The translations under genes and the position numbers were made by a program. Under the pieces are notes generated by a model. That model made no database searches, was not told where the DNA came from, and worked only from the letters and a program-made list of their open reading frames with translations. DNA of 64,000 nt from Pirellula sp. (GTDB taxonomy: Bacteria; Planctomycetota; Planctomycetia; Pirellulales; Pirellulaceae), in the NCBI GenBank assembly GCA_040381975.1, contig JBEIGI010000008.1, positions 33,679 through 97,678 on the forward strand, given 5' to 3'. Each line of letters begins with the position of its first letter. The stretch's first letter is position 1. This document shows, piece after piece, positions 27,130 through 38,482 of the stretch.

Positions 27130-28121
27130 GACTTGGCTGCTCCGACGATATTCATAAAGACTTGTTCGAGGCTCGGTCGAGCTCGTTCGAGGCGCAAGAT
27201 GCTGATGTTGACATCTCGTAGCTGATCGACCAGGCGATCCACTCCCGCTTGATCGATGTTCTCGACTGCGATTCGACTAAGGCCTTCTTGGCCGAGTCTC
27301 CCAAGGTCGATCGATTCGATCAAGGCGTTTGCTGGAAGAGCTTCGATTTCTCGGATGTGCGAAGGAGTCGCGATGACTTCCAATCGTACGCTACCGGACT
27401 GATCGTTGGTGTGGGAACGAATCAGTTCGTCGATCGTACCGATGCCTCGGAGTTGCCCGAGTGCCATGATTGCGACGCGATCGCAGATGAGTTCGACTTC
27501 TTGAAGAATGTGGCTGTTGAGAAATACCGTCTTGCCGCGTTGCTTGAGTTTATCGAGCACATCGCGGATTTGGGATCGGCCCATGGGATCCAGACCATCG
27601 GTGGGTTCATCGAGAATCAACAAGTCTGGATCGTGCAGCATGGCTTGGGCGAGTCCAAGTCGTTGCCGCATCCCTTTGGAGTATCTGCGGACAGCTTCGT
27701 TCTGGCGGCCTTTGAGGCTTACAAGATCAAAGAGCTCGTCCTCGCGAGCGGCGATTTGCGAGTCGCTCATTTCGCTCAGGCGTCCGTAGAAGTACAGTGC
27801 GCTTCGTCCCGTATGGTGTCTTGGGAAGACTAGGTTTTCGGGCAAGTATCCGATCTTGCGACGGGCCGCTTTGCTCCCTGCAGGTTCCTTGAGAACTTGC
27901 GCTAGCCCCTTGGTTGGATGCAAGATCCCCAAGAGGACTTTGATCAAGGTGGTTTTTCCGGCACCGTTGGGGCCTAGGAGTCCAAAAACCTCTCCTGCTT
28001 TGACTTGCAAGGAGACATCTTTCAGGGCTGGGTGGACGCGAGGGAAGAGCAACCCTTCGCGGTAGGTTTTCGAGAGATGCTGGACATCGATTGCGAGAGT
28101 CTCAGCCGAAATGCTTGACAT
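27126..28121 (-). CDS. ABC transporter ATP-binding protein
   Basis: Walker A 'GPNGAGKTT', signature-like 'YSKGMRQRLGLA', Walker B 'LLILDEPTDGLD'. The ATG at 28121 is the likely start; the ORF-track start is 28178. Confidence 0.9.
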   Translation of the reverse strand: MSSISAETLAIDVQHLSKTYREGLLFPRVHPALKDVSLQVKAGEVFGLLGPNGAGKTTLIKVLLGILHPTKGLAQVLKEPAGSKAARRKIGYLPENLVFPRHHTGRSALYFYGRLSEMSDSQIAAREDELFDLVSLKGRQNEAVRRYSKGMRQRLGLAQAMLHDPDLLILDEPTDGLDPMGRSQIRDVLDKLKQRGKTVFLNSHILQEVELICDRVAIMALGQLRGIGTIDELIRSHTNDQSGSVRLEVIATPSHIREIEALPANALIESIDLGRLGQEGLSRIAVENIDQAGVDRLVDQLRDVNISILRLERARPSLEQVFMNIVGAAKS

Positions 28122-28411
28122 GGGTTGAAGGGATCTCTCAGGTTTTTGAAATTCCGGGGGATTTCGCGATGAAGGCAATATTCTTTGGTGTCATGCGTCC
28201 ATGAAATTCGACGACACATGGTATATCTTGGAAAACAGCCTTTTCGATCGGAAGTTAGTTATCCCGTTTCTAAAGATCAAATTCAACCCTCAAAATCCTA
28301 GAACAAATTCGACGATGGTTGAATTTGTTGCTAAAATCAGGCCCGATGCGCGATGCATCATCCCACCCTACTTCCCCGTTTTTCGCTCTAACCCCTTCTG
28401 TGCGAATCGCT

Positions 28412-29794
28412 ATGCTCCAATCTCTCCGCTTCGTTTGGAATACCCCTTGGTCCGGCTTGGCATTACAAGCCGTGGCTTGTGTTTCGTTCGTTTTTTCTGG
28501 GAATAGCCCTGCAAAAGCCGGCGATCCGGTCGAGCTTTTTAACGGCAAAGACTTCTCCGGTTGGCACGGTCGCCCAACGGTCGATCCTCGCAAATGGGAA
28601 TCGACTCCAGAGGCCGACAAGACCAAGTGGAATCAGGAGATCGCCGATCACTGGAAGATCGATGGGAATGAAATCGTCAACGATGGCAAGGGTGCTTACT
28701 TGACGACCAATGCCGAGTTTGGCGATTTCGACCTGACTTTGGATTTCAAAATCGTTAAGGATTGCGATTCAGGGATTTACCTCCGAGGCATACCCCAGGT
28801 ACAGATTTGGGATCCCGATGCTGAGAACAATCGCAAGAACGGCAACGAAAAAGGGAGTGGTGGTCTTTGGAACAATCCCGCCGGCTGGGCTGGCAAAGAT
28901 CCTTTGGTGCGGGCCGACAATCCGGTTGGACAATGGAACACCATCAAGATGCGATTGGTTGGAGAACGCTGCTGGGTGTGGCTCAACGACAAAGCCGTTG
29001 TGGTCAACGCTCGATTGCACGATTACTTTGCTCCTGGTCAACCGCTGATCAAACGCGGACCGATTCAACTCCAAACCCACGGTGCCGAGATCCGCTTCCG
29101 AAACATCAAGCTCAAGGAGTTCAGCGATCTGGAATCCAACGAAATCCTGAGCAAATCCGAAGCCGACGAAATTTCCAAGAGCTCCTCGAAGTTTAATGTC
29201 TTGTTCAATGGCAGTGACTTAGCTGGCTGGAAGGGTGCCACTGGGAATTACACCGTATCGGAAGGTGCGATTCAGTGCACGCAAGGCAAAGGCGGAGTGC
29301 TCTACACCGAGAAAAGCTACGGCGACTTTGTCTTTCGGTTCGATTTTCAGCTACCTCCTGCCGGCAACAATGGGATTGCGATCCGCTACCCTAGCGTCGA
29401 GGAAATCGAGCAATTGCCCAAGGATCTTCGCCATGGCGATGCGGCTTATGTTGGCATGACCGAACTTCAAGTGCTCGATGACGGCCACCCGAATTACAAG
29501 ACGATTGATCCGCGTCAAGCCCACGGCAGTGCTTATGGAATGGCGGCGGCCAAGCGTGGTTATTTGCGTCCGACTGGCCAGTGGAACCACGAGATCATTA
29601 CGGTCACGGGTTCGAAGATTCAAGTCGAGCTCAACGGCACGCGGATCCTGGATACCGACTTGGCCACCATCAGTGAGTACATGAGCAACACGCCCCATCC
29701 AGGCAAGGATCGCGCCAGCGGCCACATCGGCTTTGCCGGCCACTCCGATCCTGTGAAGTTTCGCAATATCGAAGTTGTTCCGATGGGCAATTAG
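28412..29794 (+). CDS. Secreted protein with two tandem DUF1080 (3-keto-disaccharide hydrolase family) domains
   Basis: The signal peptide starts at the ATG at 28412. Two copies of the motif set: 'LFNGKDFSGWHG...DSGIYLRG.PQVQIWD...IRFRNIKL' and 'LFNGSDLAGWKG...NNGIAIRY...ELQVLDD...VKFRNIEV'. Confidence 0.8.
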   Translation: MLQSLRFVWNTPWSGLALQAVACVSFVFSGNSPAKAGDPVELFNGKDFSGWHGRPTVDPRKWESTPEADKTKWNQEIADHWKIDGNEIVNDGKGAYLTTNAEFGDFDLTLDFKIVKDCDSGIYLRGIPQVQIWDPDAENNRKNGNEKGSGGLWNNPAGWAGKDPLVRADNPVGQWNTIKMRLVGERCWVWLNDKAVVVNARLHDYFAPGQPLIKRGPIQLQTHGAEIRFRNIKLKEFSDLESNEILSKSEADEISKSSSKFNVLFNGSDLAGWKGATGNYTVSEGAIQCTQGKGGVLYTEKSYGDFVFRFDFQLPPAGNNGIAIRYPSVEEIEQLPKDLRHGDAAYVGMTELQVLDDGHPNYKTIDPRQAHGSAYGMAAAKRGYLRPTGQWNHEIITVTGSKIQVELNGTRILDTDLATISEYMSNTPHPGKDRASGHIGFAGHSDPVKFRNIEVVPMGN

Positions 29795-29815
29795 TTTCCC
29801 AACGGCCCGACCCTC

Positions 29816-30949
29816 TTGAGTCTCGTTACGAAAGGTTTCGACTTGAATCGCAGATTGCTTGGCTATGGTTTGTCGGCTAGTTGTTTGGCTGGCTTTTTTA
29901 CAACAGCAGGTAGTGGGTTTGTTTTTGGTCAGGAGACCAAGACGACTTCGGATGACAATACTCTGGTGATTCCAGAGTCGGTCGCATCGACCCAGGAGCA
30001 GATGAAGCCTTATGCGGAACTTGTTGAGCATTCGCCGCCAAAAATCGAGATGATTCCGATCCCCGGAGGGACTTTTCGCATGGGAAGTCCCGACGGTCAG
30101 GAGAGTCGTAAAGAGGATGAGGGCCCTGTTCACGAGGTCAAACTCAGCCCGTTTTGGATGGCCAAATGCGAGATCACTTGGGATGCTTACGATGTTTGGA
30201 TGTCCGATTTGGATGTCTTTTATCGAGAGGTCAATAAGGTCAAGGCTACCAAGCGCGATGAGCTTTCCGAAGAATTTCAAAAAAGCCAGCCGACGAAGCC
30301 TTACACGGACATGACCTTCGGGATGGGCAAGCATGGTTATCCAGCCATCTGCATGACTCAGCATGCGGCCAGAACTTTTTGCAAATGGCTCTCGCGCAAG
30401 ACAGGACGTTACTATCGTTTGCCCACCGAGGCCGAATGGGAGTACGCTTGCCGGGCTGGAACAACAGAATCTTATTCGTTTGGATCGGATCCGTCCGAAC
30501 TAGAGAACTACGCTTGGTTCGTTGACAATGCCGGAGAAGGTTACCACAAAGTCGGGCTCAAGAAGCCCAATCCTTGGGGCCTTCATGACATGCATGGCAA
30601 CGTGGCCGAATGGGTTTTGGATCAGCACACCCCCGAGGGTTACTCAACGGATCTTCGCAGCGAGAATCCTTTGTTGGTACCCAAGACCCTATACCCTCGC
30701 GTCGTACGCGGTGGGGGTTGGAACCAAGACGCAGCGGCACTTCGAAGCGGTGCCCGCGAGGGCTCGACTGAGGATTGGATTGCCCAGGACCCACAGTCGC
30801 CTGTGAGCATCTGGTATTTGACCGACGCATTGCATGTCGGATTTCGGATTGTTCGTCCGTTGAACGAACCGAGCGAAGAAGAAAAAAACACTTTCTGGGA
30901 GTATTCCGAGCCGATCCAAAAGGAACGGCCAGTGCCCCTCGAACGATAA
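29816..30949 (+). CDS. Formylglycine-generating enzyme (SUMF1/FGE-sulfatase) family protein
   Basis: 'GGTFRMGSP', 'YRLPTEAEWEYACRAGT', 'GLHDMHGNVAEWVLD' and 'VVRGGGW'. TTG start per the ORF track. Confidence 0.8.
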   Translation: MSLVTKGFDLNRRLLGYGLSASCLAGFFTTAGSGFVFGQETKTTSDDNTLVIPESVASTQEQMKPYAELVEHSPPKIEMIPIPGGTFRMGSPDGQESRKEDEGPVHEVKLSPFWMAKCEITWDAYDVWMSDLDVFYREVNKVKATKRDELSEEFQKSQPTKPYTDMTFGMGKHGYPAICMTQHAARTFCKWLSRKTGRYYRLPTEAEWEYACRAGTTESYSFGSDPSELENYAWFVDNAGEGYHKVGLKKPNPWGLHDMHGNVAEWVLDQHTPEGYSTDLRSENPLLVPKTLYPRVVRGGGWNQDAAALRSGAREGSTEDWIAQDPQSPVSIWYLTDALHVGFRIVRPLNEPSEEEKNTFWEYSEPIQKERPVPLER

Positions 30950-30988
30950 TGAATCACTGAAGTTTTCCTTTCCTTTCGGAGCAATTCC

Positions 30989-32380
30989 ATGAACCATGAA
31001 ACCACCTCTGCTGTGAACTCGGCATCGCGCAGAGACTTTATCAAGACCGGTACGAGTTTGGCTGCAGCAGCAGGCTTGACTTCAACACTTTCTCGGAGCG
31101 TCCATGCTGCCCAGGACAGCAAGATCCGCGTGGCTCTGATCGGCTGTGGTGGTCGCGGAACGGGTGCTGCAGAAAATGCGCTGCAAGTGGACAACGGTGA
31201 AATCCAACTCGTCGCGATGGCTGATGTTTTCGAGAACCGACTATCGAGTAGCTACTCGAGTCTCAAAGAGAAGTTCAAGGAAAAAGTCGATGTGCCTAAG
31301 GAACGGCAGTTCGTAAGCTTTGATGGATACAAGCAAGCCATGGACACGCTCCGTCCGGGCGACGTGGCGATCTTGACCACCCCACCGGCCTTCCGTTGGG
31401 TGATGTTCAAGTATGCCATCGAGAAGGGACTCAATGTGTTTATGGAAAAGCCAGTGACCGTTGACGGCCCTGGTAGCAAGAAGATGCTCGAATTGGGTAA
31501 ACTCTCCGTCGAGCGGAATCTCAAGGTGGGCGTGGGACTGATGTGTCGTCACTGCGTCGTGCGTCAGGAACTGCTCGATAGGATCCGAAATGGTGAGATC
31601 GGAGATCTGCTCATGCTCAGAGCTTATCGCATGGCCGGTCCGACCGGATCGGCTGCTGCGACCAAGATGCCCGAGGGCACCAAGAGTGAGTTGCTTTATC
31701 AAATCAGCCGATTCCATGGATTCCTATGGGCGAGCGGCGGTGCGGTGAGCGACTTTTTGATCCACAACATCGACGAGTGCTGTTGGATGAAAGAGGATTG
31801 GCCTGTCGAGGCGATCGCTTCGGGTGGTCGACATTACCGCAACGACTGCGTCGATCAGAACTTTGACTCCTATTCGATCGAGTACACCTTTGGCGATGGC
31901 ACCAAGATGTTCGTCAATGGCCGAACGATTCCTGGGTGCCACAACGAGTTTGCAAGTTACGCGCACGGTTCGAAGGGAAGTGCGGTGATCTCGGCTTCCG
32001 GACACTCGCCGGCCAAATGCAAGATCTACAGTGGCCAAAAGATGACCCGCAACAACATCGTTTGGGAGGGACCCAAGTCCGAGCCGAACCCGTATCAGCT
32101 CGAATGGAACGATTTGATCAATGCCATTCGCAAAGATCTGCCTTACAACGAAGTCGAGCGAGGGGTGAAGGCAAGTGTTGTCACGAGCATGGGTCGGATG
32201 GCGGCCCACACCGGCGTAAAGGTGACCTATGATGAAATGCTCAATTGCCAGCACGAGTTCGCACCTGGTCTGGAGACGATGACCTTCGAAAGCCCTGCCC
32301 CGGTTCGGGCCAACGCTCAAGGTCTCTACCCGGTTCCTCAGCCTGGGATCGTCACGACCCGCGAATATGGCGAGTCCTAG
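30989..32380 (+). CDS. Gfo/Idh/MocA-family oxidoreductase with a Tat signal
   Basis: 'SRRDFIKTGTSLAAAAGL' (twin-arginine-like) and the Rossmann motif 'IRVALIGCGGRGTGAA'. The 463-aa length is typical of periplasmic planctomycete members. Confidence 0.8.
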   Translation: MNHETTSAVNSASRRDFIKTGTSLAAAAGLTSTLSRSVHAAQDSKIRVALIGCGGRGTGAAENALQVDNGEIQLVAMADVFENRLSSSYSSLKEKFKEKVDVPKERQFVSFDGYKQAMDTLRPGDVAILTTPPAFRWVMFKYAIEKGLNVFMEKPVTVDGPGSKKMLELGKLSVERNLKVGVGLMCRHCVVRQELLDRIRNGEIGDLLMLRAYRMAGPTGSAAATKMPEGTKSELLYQISRFHGFLWASGGAVSDFLIHNIDECCWMKEDWPVEAIASGGRHYRNDCVDQNFDSYSIEYTFGDGTKMFVNGRTIPGCHNEFASYAHGSKGSAVISASGHSPAKCKIYSGQKMTRNNIVWEGPKSEPNPYQLEWNDLINAIRKDLPYNEVERGVKASVVTSMGRMAAHTGVKVTYDEMLNCQHEFAPGLETMTFESPAPVRANAQGLYPVPQPGIVTTREYGES

Positions 32381-32421
32381 TCGATATTTCTAGGTAGCTA
32401 GGATCCCGATTCGATTCAAAA

Positions 32422-32448
32422 GGCAGACCCGAGGGTCTGCCTTTTTTT
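32422..32448 (+). terminator. Rho-independent terminator after the oxidoreductase gene
   Basis: GGCAGACC (32422-32429), a 4-nt loop, GGTCTGCC (32434-32441), then TTTTTTT (32442-32448), about 40 nt after the stop codon. Confidence 0.8.
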
Positions 32449-32719
32449 CGATTAAATCCTTGGGTTTTGGTTCTACTGGCGTCCTGATTTCGCGTTAAAT
32501 CGCCATAAAAACAAGGGTTTTGTGAAATGAAGGCCCTTGGGTATCGCAATGTTTTTCACCGGACTGCTCGCGCCGTTCCGCTCCTAGAGCAACACATTTT
32601 GCTGGGTGAGAACGACACTTGCACGGTTGGACTTGTGGCTATTTTTCAATGGATTTACACTGCTTGTTTGTTATTTGTGTCCAATTTCCAGCTCGGTCGA
32701 GACCGAGCTCCGAGGCTTC

Positions 32720-33211
32720 ATGGCTAACTGCATGCACTGTTTTCGGATTGTCTTTTGGATCTGCCTATTGGCATTGCCAATCTGTGCTCAGCAGACCGAT
32801 GGCAATTCCACAGCCATCAGTCCACAAAGCTCTGCAGCTTCGGAAATGCCGACGATCACTGTTGAAAAAGAGACCAGCAGCCCGCTTGGATCCAAGGGCA
32901 ACAAACCACCAGCATCGTTTTGGGAGGATTTTCTCACCAATCCGCTGTGGTTGATGATGGCGATGCTTTTGGTTTTTTATGTCGGAGTCGTGCTCCCTTC
33001 CCAACGCTCGAATCGGCGACAGCAGCGTGAGCATGCGGACCTGATTTCCAATTTAAAGAAGAACGATCGTGTCGTGACCTCGTTTGGGGTTCATGGTGTG
33101 GTTGTTAGTACCCAGCCCGAATCGGGCACTGTTACGATCCGTTTGGATGAGAATTCCAACGCAAAAATGACCGTCAATCGCGACACGATACGCGTCGTCA
33201 AAAAGGACTAG
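32720..33211 (+). CDS. yajC: Preprotein translocase subunit YajC with an extended N-terminus
   Basis: 'LISNLKKNDRVVTSFGVHGVVVSTQPESGTVTIRLDENSNAKMTVNRDTIRVV' is the YajC core. The start at ATG 32720 is inferred from the signal-like 'MANCMHCFRIVFWICLLALPICAQ'. Confidence 0.75.
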   Translation: MANCMHCFRIVFWICLLALPICAQQTDGNSTAISPQSSAASEMPTITVEKETSSPLGSKGNKPPASFWEDFLTNPLWLMMAMLLVFYVGVVLPSQRSNRRQQREHADLISNLKKNDRVVTSFGVHGVVVSTQPESGTVTIRLDENSNAKMTVNRDTIRVVKKD

Positions 33212-33220
33212 GATAAGCCT

Positions 33221-36200
33221 ATGCTCGAAATGATTCTTTACCCGTTCTTTGCTTCACTAAGCCTCGTGGATGCAGTGCACTCGCTGGGGGCAGGGTCGCT
33301 TGGGATTTTAGCCGATGCGGCTAGCAACGCCGCCGATGCAGCCAAAACTGCGGAAGATACCGCTGCAAACACTTGGAAAGGGATCCGAGATGTTGGCCTG
33401 TTTCTCTTGGCCGTGATCGTTCCATTTGTTTTGGGCAAATTCTTCTCGACTCGACTGAGAATGCCTAACCATGCGATGGCATTTAGCTGGATCCTGCTTG
33501 CGATTATCGCCACAGGAATCGTCATTTCCACCGGCCAACTCAAACTCGGCCCCGATATCAAAGGGGGTACGAATCTGATCTACCAAATCGATCAGTCCAC
33601 GGTCGGAAACAACAACCAGCCAGTGCTGGCAAAAGACTTCATCGCTCCGATCCAAAATCGGATCAATCCCTCGGGTATGAACGAATCGGTCGTGCGACCT
33701 GCTGGCGACGACAAGATCGAAATTATCATCGCCGATGTCGATCCAGCAGAAATCGAAGAGATCAAAAGCACTATCACCGAGGCCGGAATTCTTCAGTTTC
33801 GCATCGTAGCCAACCAAAACGACCATGACGAGTTGATCAAGGCAGCCAAGGCGCAGGCCGAGAATCCGAATATCGACATCCGCCTCAGTCGCGAAGTCAA
33901 ACTACCAAACAAGACTACCGGAGAACTGGAAACCGTTGGTATTTGGCGCACTCTTGGCCGCGATCCTGATCAGGGGCCAAACGGGGATATAGAGGGGTAC
34001 TCCTTTGGTGACACGATCCGCAATGCACGTACTGGAGAGATTCTCAATCCGATCCTCACCGGTCGCCCCAGAGATTTTGAAACCTGGCTCGAAAGCCAGA
34101 AAATCAGAGATGTCGATTTATTGCTATCCCTTCAGAAGAAAGGGGTTCCCTACGTTGAAGTCAACGGATCGGATCTAGCTCGTGCTTCGGTTCAAATCTC
34201 AAAGAACGGTGGGTATCAAGTCGGATTCAATATGAAGACTGCTGGTGCCGAGAACATGCTCAAGCTGACCATCGCCAACCAACCCGACGCGATCAACGGT
34301 TTCAAACGACGCATGGCCATCTTGCTCGACGGCATCGTCCTTTCCGCACCCAACCTCAATAGTCCTATCCGAGCCGAAGGTCAAATCGAAGGCAACTTCA
34401 GCCTCAAAAGGGTCGAGCGTCTAGTTCAGATTCTCAACTCTGGATCACTTCCCGGAGCCATCGGCAAACAACCCATCAGCGAGAATGTCGTGGGTGCGAC
34501 GATGGGTGCAGATGCGATCGCCAAGGGCAAACTCGCCAGTGGCCTTGGACTCCTAACGACCGTCCTTTGCGTATTGGCCTACTACCGCTTTTCGGGTTTG
34601 ATCGCCACGATCGCTCTGTTACTAAACTTAGCCATGATCCTTGCGAGCATGATGCTCTTTCGCCAACCGCTGACCCTTGCAGGCCTTGCAGGTCTGGTGC
34701 TCTCGGTCGGTATGAGCGTCGATGCGAACGTTTTGGTTTTCGAACGGATCCGAGAAGAAAGACAAAAAAATGCGACGGCTCGGATGGCCATTCGCAACGG
34801 CTTTGATCGAGCTTGGACAACGATCTTCGACTCGAACCTAACGACCCTCATCAGCGCGTTGGTTCTCTACTACGTAGGAACCGAGCAAGTCAAGGGCTTC
34901 GCGATCACGCTGATCATCGGTCTGGCGATCAGCATGTTCACATCGGTCTTTTTCGCTCATAATTTGTTCGAGATTGCTGAACGATGGGGGTTCGCTCAAC
35001 TGGGAATGTCCGATTGGGTGAACTCGGCGAAGCGATCCTTTTTCGGCCCGGGAGACATCAATTTTCTCGGATATAGAAACATCGCCTACGCCGTCTCTGC
35101 GGCTTTGATCGGTATCGGACTGATCGCCACGTTCCTACGAGGCCGTGAGTTCCTCGATATCGATTTCAATGGAGGGACTTCGGTTGTCTTTTCGCTTGAT
35201 AAGTCGATGGAACCGGATCGTGTTCGTGAGATCGCACAGAAGGCGTTTGCTGCCGACGAAAATGGACTCCCCATTCAAACATCCTTGACCAACGTCGAGA
35301 TGAGGGAGTTCCAAAAGAATTCTGTTTACAAGTTAGACGTTTCACTCAAGGATGAAGCTCAAGTTCGCGACCGATTGCTCAAAGGCTTCAGTGGAGCAAA
35401 CGGTGCGAAACTAGTCACCTACGACATGAAGGCTCAAATCGTAGGCAAGAGTCAATCGGGTTTAAGACCAGCGAATCGAACTTTCTTGGTCGCCTACCAA
35501 GATCCCGCCGCGCCACAGGCCCCAGCACCAGATGCCTCAGCACAGCCTTCGGCCCAAGAGCCAGCAACTCCTGCTCCAACCGAGCCTGTTGCGGAACCTG
35601 CGAAGCCGAGTCCTGTGCCGGAAGTCAGCACCGCTGCGACTCTGAGCTTTGTCGATACACTTGGGTCTTCGCCTGCCCGATTGAACGCATCGCAAGTGAT
35701 CGAAACGTTGGTCGCTGCTGCTCAGGCTGCAGGCAGAAACCTAGTTGACTCCCAGATCGATCTCGAACCGGCCTCGGCAACGAATTGGACACGTACCTCC
35801 GAACTTGGATTCTCGGATTGGAGCGTCAAGCTTCCTTACGATCAAGCCACAACCGAATCGGTGCTTGCACGCATGCGAGAGGCGATTCAGACCAAGCCCG
35901 TGTTCCAGTCGTTTAGCAAGATCGAAGGACGCGTGGCCGGTGAGATGCAGCAAAAGGCCCTTCTGGGTCTGCTACTGAGCCTGCTGTTTATCACCATCTA
36001 CATTTGGTTCCGATTCAACAAAGTCTCCTACGGTGTGGCGGCTGTGATCGCACTTTTGCACGATGTGCTTATCACAATCGGAATTTTGGCCGTCAGCCAC
36101 TGGCTCTTTAGGCCACTGGGTTTCCTACTGATCGAGGACTTCAAGATTTCCTTGACTATCGTTGCGGCGATTTTGACGATCATCGGTTATTCGCTCAACG

Positions 36201-36505
36201 ACACGATCGTTGTGTTCGACCGGATTCGGGAAGTCAAAGGCAAGAGCCCCAACTTGACCGAGAAGATGGTCAACACCTCCGTTACCCAGACGCTGAGCCG
36301 TACGTTGCTGACCTCCTCGACAACCATTTTGGCGATTTTGCTGATGTACATTTGGGGCGGTGAGGGAATCCATGGATTTGCCTTCTGTCTCCTAGTCGGG
36401 ATCGTTGTCGGAACATTCAGTTCTATCTTCGTCGCCTCTCCAATCTTGCTTTGGCTTGCTAAACGGGAACAAGCCGCTCGTGCCGCTTCGAAAGTTACTT
36501 CATAA
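33221..36505 (+). CDS. secDF: Protein translocase SecD-SecF fusion protein
   Basis: A 1094-aa protein with two 6-TM blocks: '[13 protein letters not shown]'-type '[14 protein letters not shown]', '[19 protein letters not shown]' and '[17 protein letters not shown]'. Located directly after yajC. Confidence 0.9.
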   Translation: MLEMILYPFFASLSLVDAVHSLGAGSLGILADAASNAADAAKTAEDTAANTWKGIRDVGLFLLAVIVPFVLGKFFSTRLRMPNHAMAFSWILLAIIATGIVISTGQLKLGPDIKGGTNLIYQIDQSTVGNNNQPVLAKDFIAPIQNRINPSGMNESVVRPAGDDKIEIIIADVDPAEIEEIKSTITEAGILQFRIVANQNDHDELIKAAKAQAENPNIDIRLSREVKLPNKTTGELETVGIWRTLGRDPDQGPNGDIEGYSFGDTIRNARTGEILNPILTGRPRDFETWLESQKIRDVDLLLSLQKKGVPYVEVNGSDLARASVQISKNGGYQVGFNMKTAGAENMLKLTIANQPDAINGFKRRMAILLDGIVLSAPNLNSPIRAEGQIEGNFSLKRVERLVQILNSGSLPGAIGKQPISENVVGATMGADAIAKGKLASGLGLLTTVLCVLAYYRFSGLIATIALLLNLAMILASMMLFRQPLTLAGLAGLVLSVGMSVDANVLVFERIREERQKNATARMAIRNGFDRAWTTIFDSNLTTLISALVLYYVGTEQVKGFAITLIIGLAISMFTSVFFAHNLFEIAERWGFAQLGMSDWVNSAKRSFFGPGDINFLGYRNIAYAVSAALIGIGLIATFLRGREFLDIDFNGGTSVVFSLDKSMEPDRVREIAQKAFAADENGLPIQTSLTNVEMREFQKNSVYKLDVSLKDEAQVRDRLLKGFSGANGAKLVTYDMKAQIVGKSQSGLRPANRTFLVAYQDPAAPQAPAPDASAQPSAQEPATPAPTEPVAEPAKPSPVPEVSTAATLSFVDTLGSSPARLNASQVIETLVAAAQAAGRNLVDSQIDLEPASATNWTRTSELGFSDWSVKLPYDQATTESVLARMREAIQTKPVFQSFSKIEGRVAGEMQQKALLGLLLSLLFITIYIWFRFNKVSYGVAAVIALLHDVLITIGILAVSHWLFRPLGFLLIEDFKISLTIVAAILTIIGYSLNDTIVVFDRIREVKGKSPNLTEKMVNTSVTQTLSRTLLTSSTTILAILLMYIWGGEGIHGFAFCLLVGIVVGTFSSIFVASPILLWLAKREQAARAASKVTS

Positions 36506-38286
36506 TGCACGCTTACCGCACGCATTCTTGTGGCCAATTACGTTCGAGCCATGTCGGTTCGAACGTAAAGCTCTCTGGGTGGGTTTTTCGCAAACGAGAT
36601 CACGGTAATCTACTTTTTGTCGACCTTAGGGATCACTACGGGATCACTCAAGTCGTCGTCAACCGAGACTCCCAAGCGTTTAAACTCATCGAGTCCGTGA
36701 AGCTCGAGTCGGTCATTTGCATCGAGGGGATCGTTGACAGTCGCGGTACCGATCGCATCAATCCTGAGCTCTCCACCGGAGAGATCGAGGTCAAGGCATC
36801 GAGCGTTGTGTTGCTCTCGGCGGCCGCGGATGTCCCCTTTCCAATTTTTGGAAACACGGAATACCCTGAGGATATCCGCCTGCGGAATCGTTTTTTAGAT
36901 CTGCGACGAGAAAAACTCCATGCGAACATCGTTCTGCGAAGTCAGGTGATTGCAAGCTTGCGACGTCGGATGATCGAGGCTGGTTTCACGGAGTTCCAAA
37001 CACCGATTCTCACCGCATCGAGCCCCGAGGGTGCCCGTGACTTTTTGGTTCCTTCGCGGGTTCATCATGGCAAGTTCTACGCGTTGCCCCAAGCACCGCA
37101 GATGTTCAAGCAGTTGCTGATGGTGGCCGGCTTTGATCGCTACTTTCAGATCGCACCTTGTTTTCGCGATGAAGACGCTCGGGCGGATCGATCGCCTGGA
37201 GAGTTCTATCAGTTGGACTTTGAGATGAGTTTTGTCACGCAAGACGATGTGTTCGCGGCGATCGAACCAGTCTTGTCCGGTGTATTCGATGAATTCTCCA
37301 GAGGTCGTAGTGTGACGGCACCTCCGTTTCCTAGGATCACGTACAAGGATGCGATGCTCAAGTATGGATCGGACAAGCCCGACTTGAGAAACCCCATCGA
37401 GATTGTCGATGTGACCGAGATCTTCAAGGATGGGCCGTTTGCGGTCTTCTCCAAATCGATCGACGCAGGTGCCGTGGTTCGAGCCATACGAGCACCGGAG
37501 GCTGGTACTAAGCCTCGCAGTTTCTTTGACTCAGCCAACCAGTGGTCCAAGGACGAGGGTTTTGCGGGACTGGCTTATATCAATTTCAAAAATGGGGACG
37601 GTGGCGGGATCGCCAAAAATCTTGGTCCTGACCGGGTCGCTCAGTTAGTATCTAAGTTGGGGCTTGGACCCAACGACGGAGTCTTTTTTGCTTGCGACAA
37701 ACCTGCGACGGCAGCCAAGCTTGCTGGGTTGGTTCGCACGCGGGTTGGAACCGATTTGGGGCTCATCGAGCAGAATGCGTTCAAGTTCTGCTGGATCGTT
37801 GATTTCCCGATGTACGAGTGGGATGAGATCGAGCAGCGAGTGATCTTCAGTCACAATCCGTTTTCGATGCCGCAAGGAGAGATGGAGGCTTTGGAGACCA
37901 AAGACCCGCTCGATATTCTGGCTTACCAGTACGACATTGTGTGCAATGGGATCGAGTTGTCTTCTGGGGCAATACGCAATCACAAGCCTGAGATCATGTA
38001 CAAGGCGTTTGAGATTGCCGGTTATGATCGCTCGGTAGTTGACGAGCAGTTCAAGGGTATGATCAATGCGTTCAAGTATGGAGCGCCACCTCACGGTGGA
38101 TCGGCACCTGGAGTCGACCGCATCGTGATGCTCTTGGCAGACGAGCCGAACATCCGGGAGGTGATTTTGTTCCCGATGAATCAGAAGGCCGAGGACTTGA
38201 TGATGGGAGCGCCATCGTATGTCTCGGAGAAGCAACTTCGGGAGCTTCGTATCGCCATCGTCGGCGATCCGCATAAGACATCCTAA
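36505..38286 (+). CDS. aspS: Aspartate--tRNA ligase
   Basis: 'RTHSCGQLR', '[15 protein letters not shown]', '[39 protein letters not shown]' and '[14 protein letters not shown]'. Confidence 0.95.
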   Translation: MHAYRTHSCGQLRSSHVGSNVKLSGWVFRKRDHGNLLFVDLRDHYGITQVVVNRDSQAFKLIESVKLESVICIEGIVDSRGTDRINPELSTGEIEVKASSVVLLSAAADVPFPIFGNTEYPEDIRLRNRFLDLRREKLHANIVLRSQVIASLRRRMIEAGFTEFQTPILTASSPEGARDFLVPSRVHHGKFYALPQAPQMFKQLLMVAGFDRYFQIAPCFRDEDARADRSPGEFYQLDFEMSFVTQDDVFAAIEPVLSGVFDEFSRGRSVTAPPFPRITYKDAMLKYGSDKPDLRNPIEIVDVTEIFKDGPFAVFSKSIDAGAVVRAIRAPEAGTKPRSFFDSANQWSKDEGFAGLAYINFKNGDGGGIAKNLGPDRVAQLVSKLGLGPNDGVFFACDKPATAAKLAGLVRTRVGTDLGLIEQNAFKFCWIVDFPMYEWDEIEQRVIFSHNPFSMPQGEMEALETKDPLDILAYQYDIVCNGIELSSGAIRNHKPEIMYKAFEIAGYDRSVVDEQFKGMINAFKYGAPPHGGSAPGVDRIVMLLADEPNIREVILFPMNQKAEDLMMGAPSYVSEKQLRELRIAIVGDPHKTS

Positions 38287-38482
38287 ATTGCAATGCTTCC
38301 AGCGATTGATCGATCTGGTTCTTCAGGAATTATCGTGGGTAAGATTGATCCTGTTTAGCCAATTGATGCAATTCCTCTAAGTAAATCGTGTGAACGGAAT
38401 CTTTGCTTAGGAATATTTCTGAGGCAATCTGTCCAACCGTTCACCCGCAGGACTAGAAACGAGGCGATCGTCGGCTAAACAC

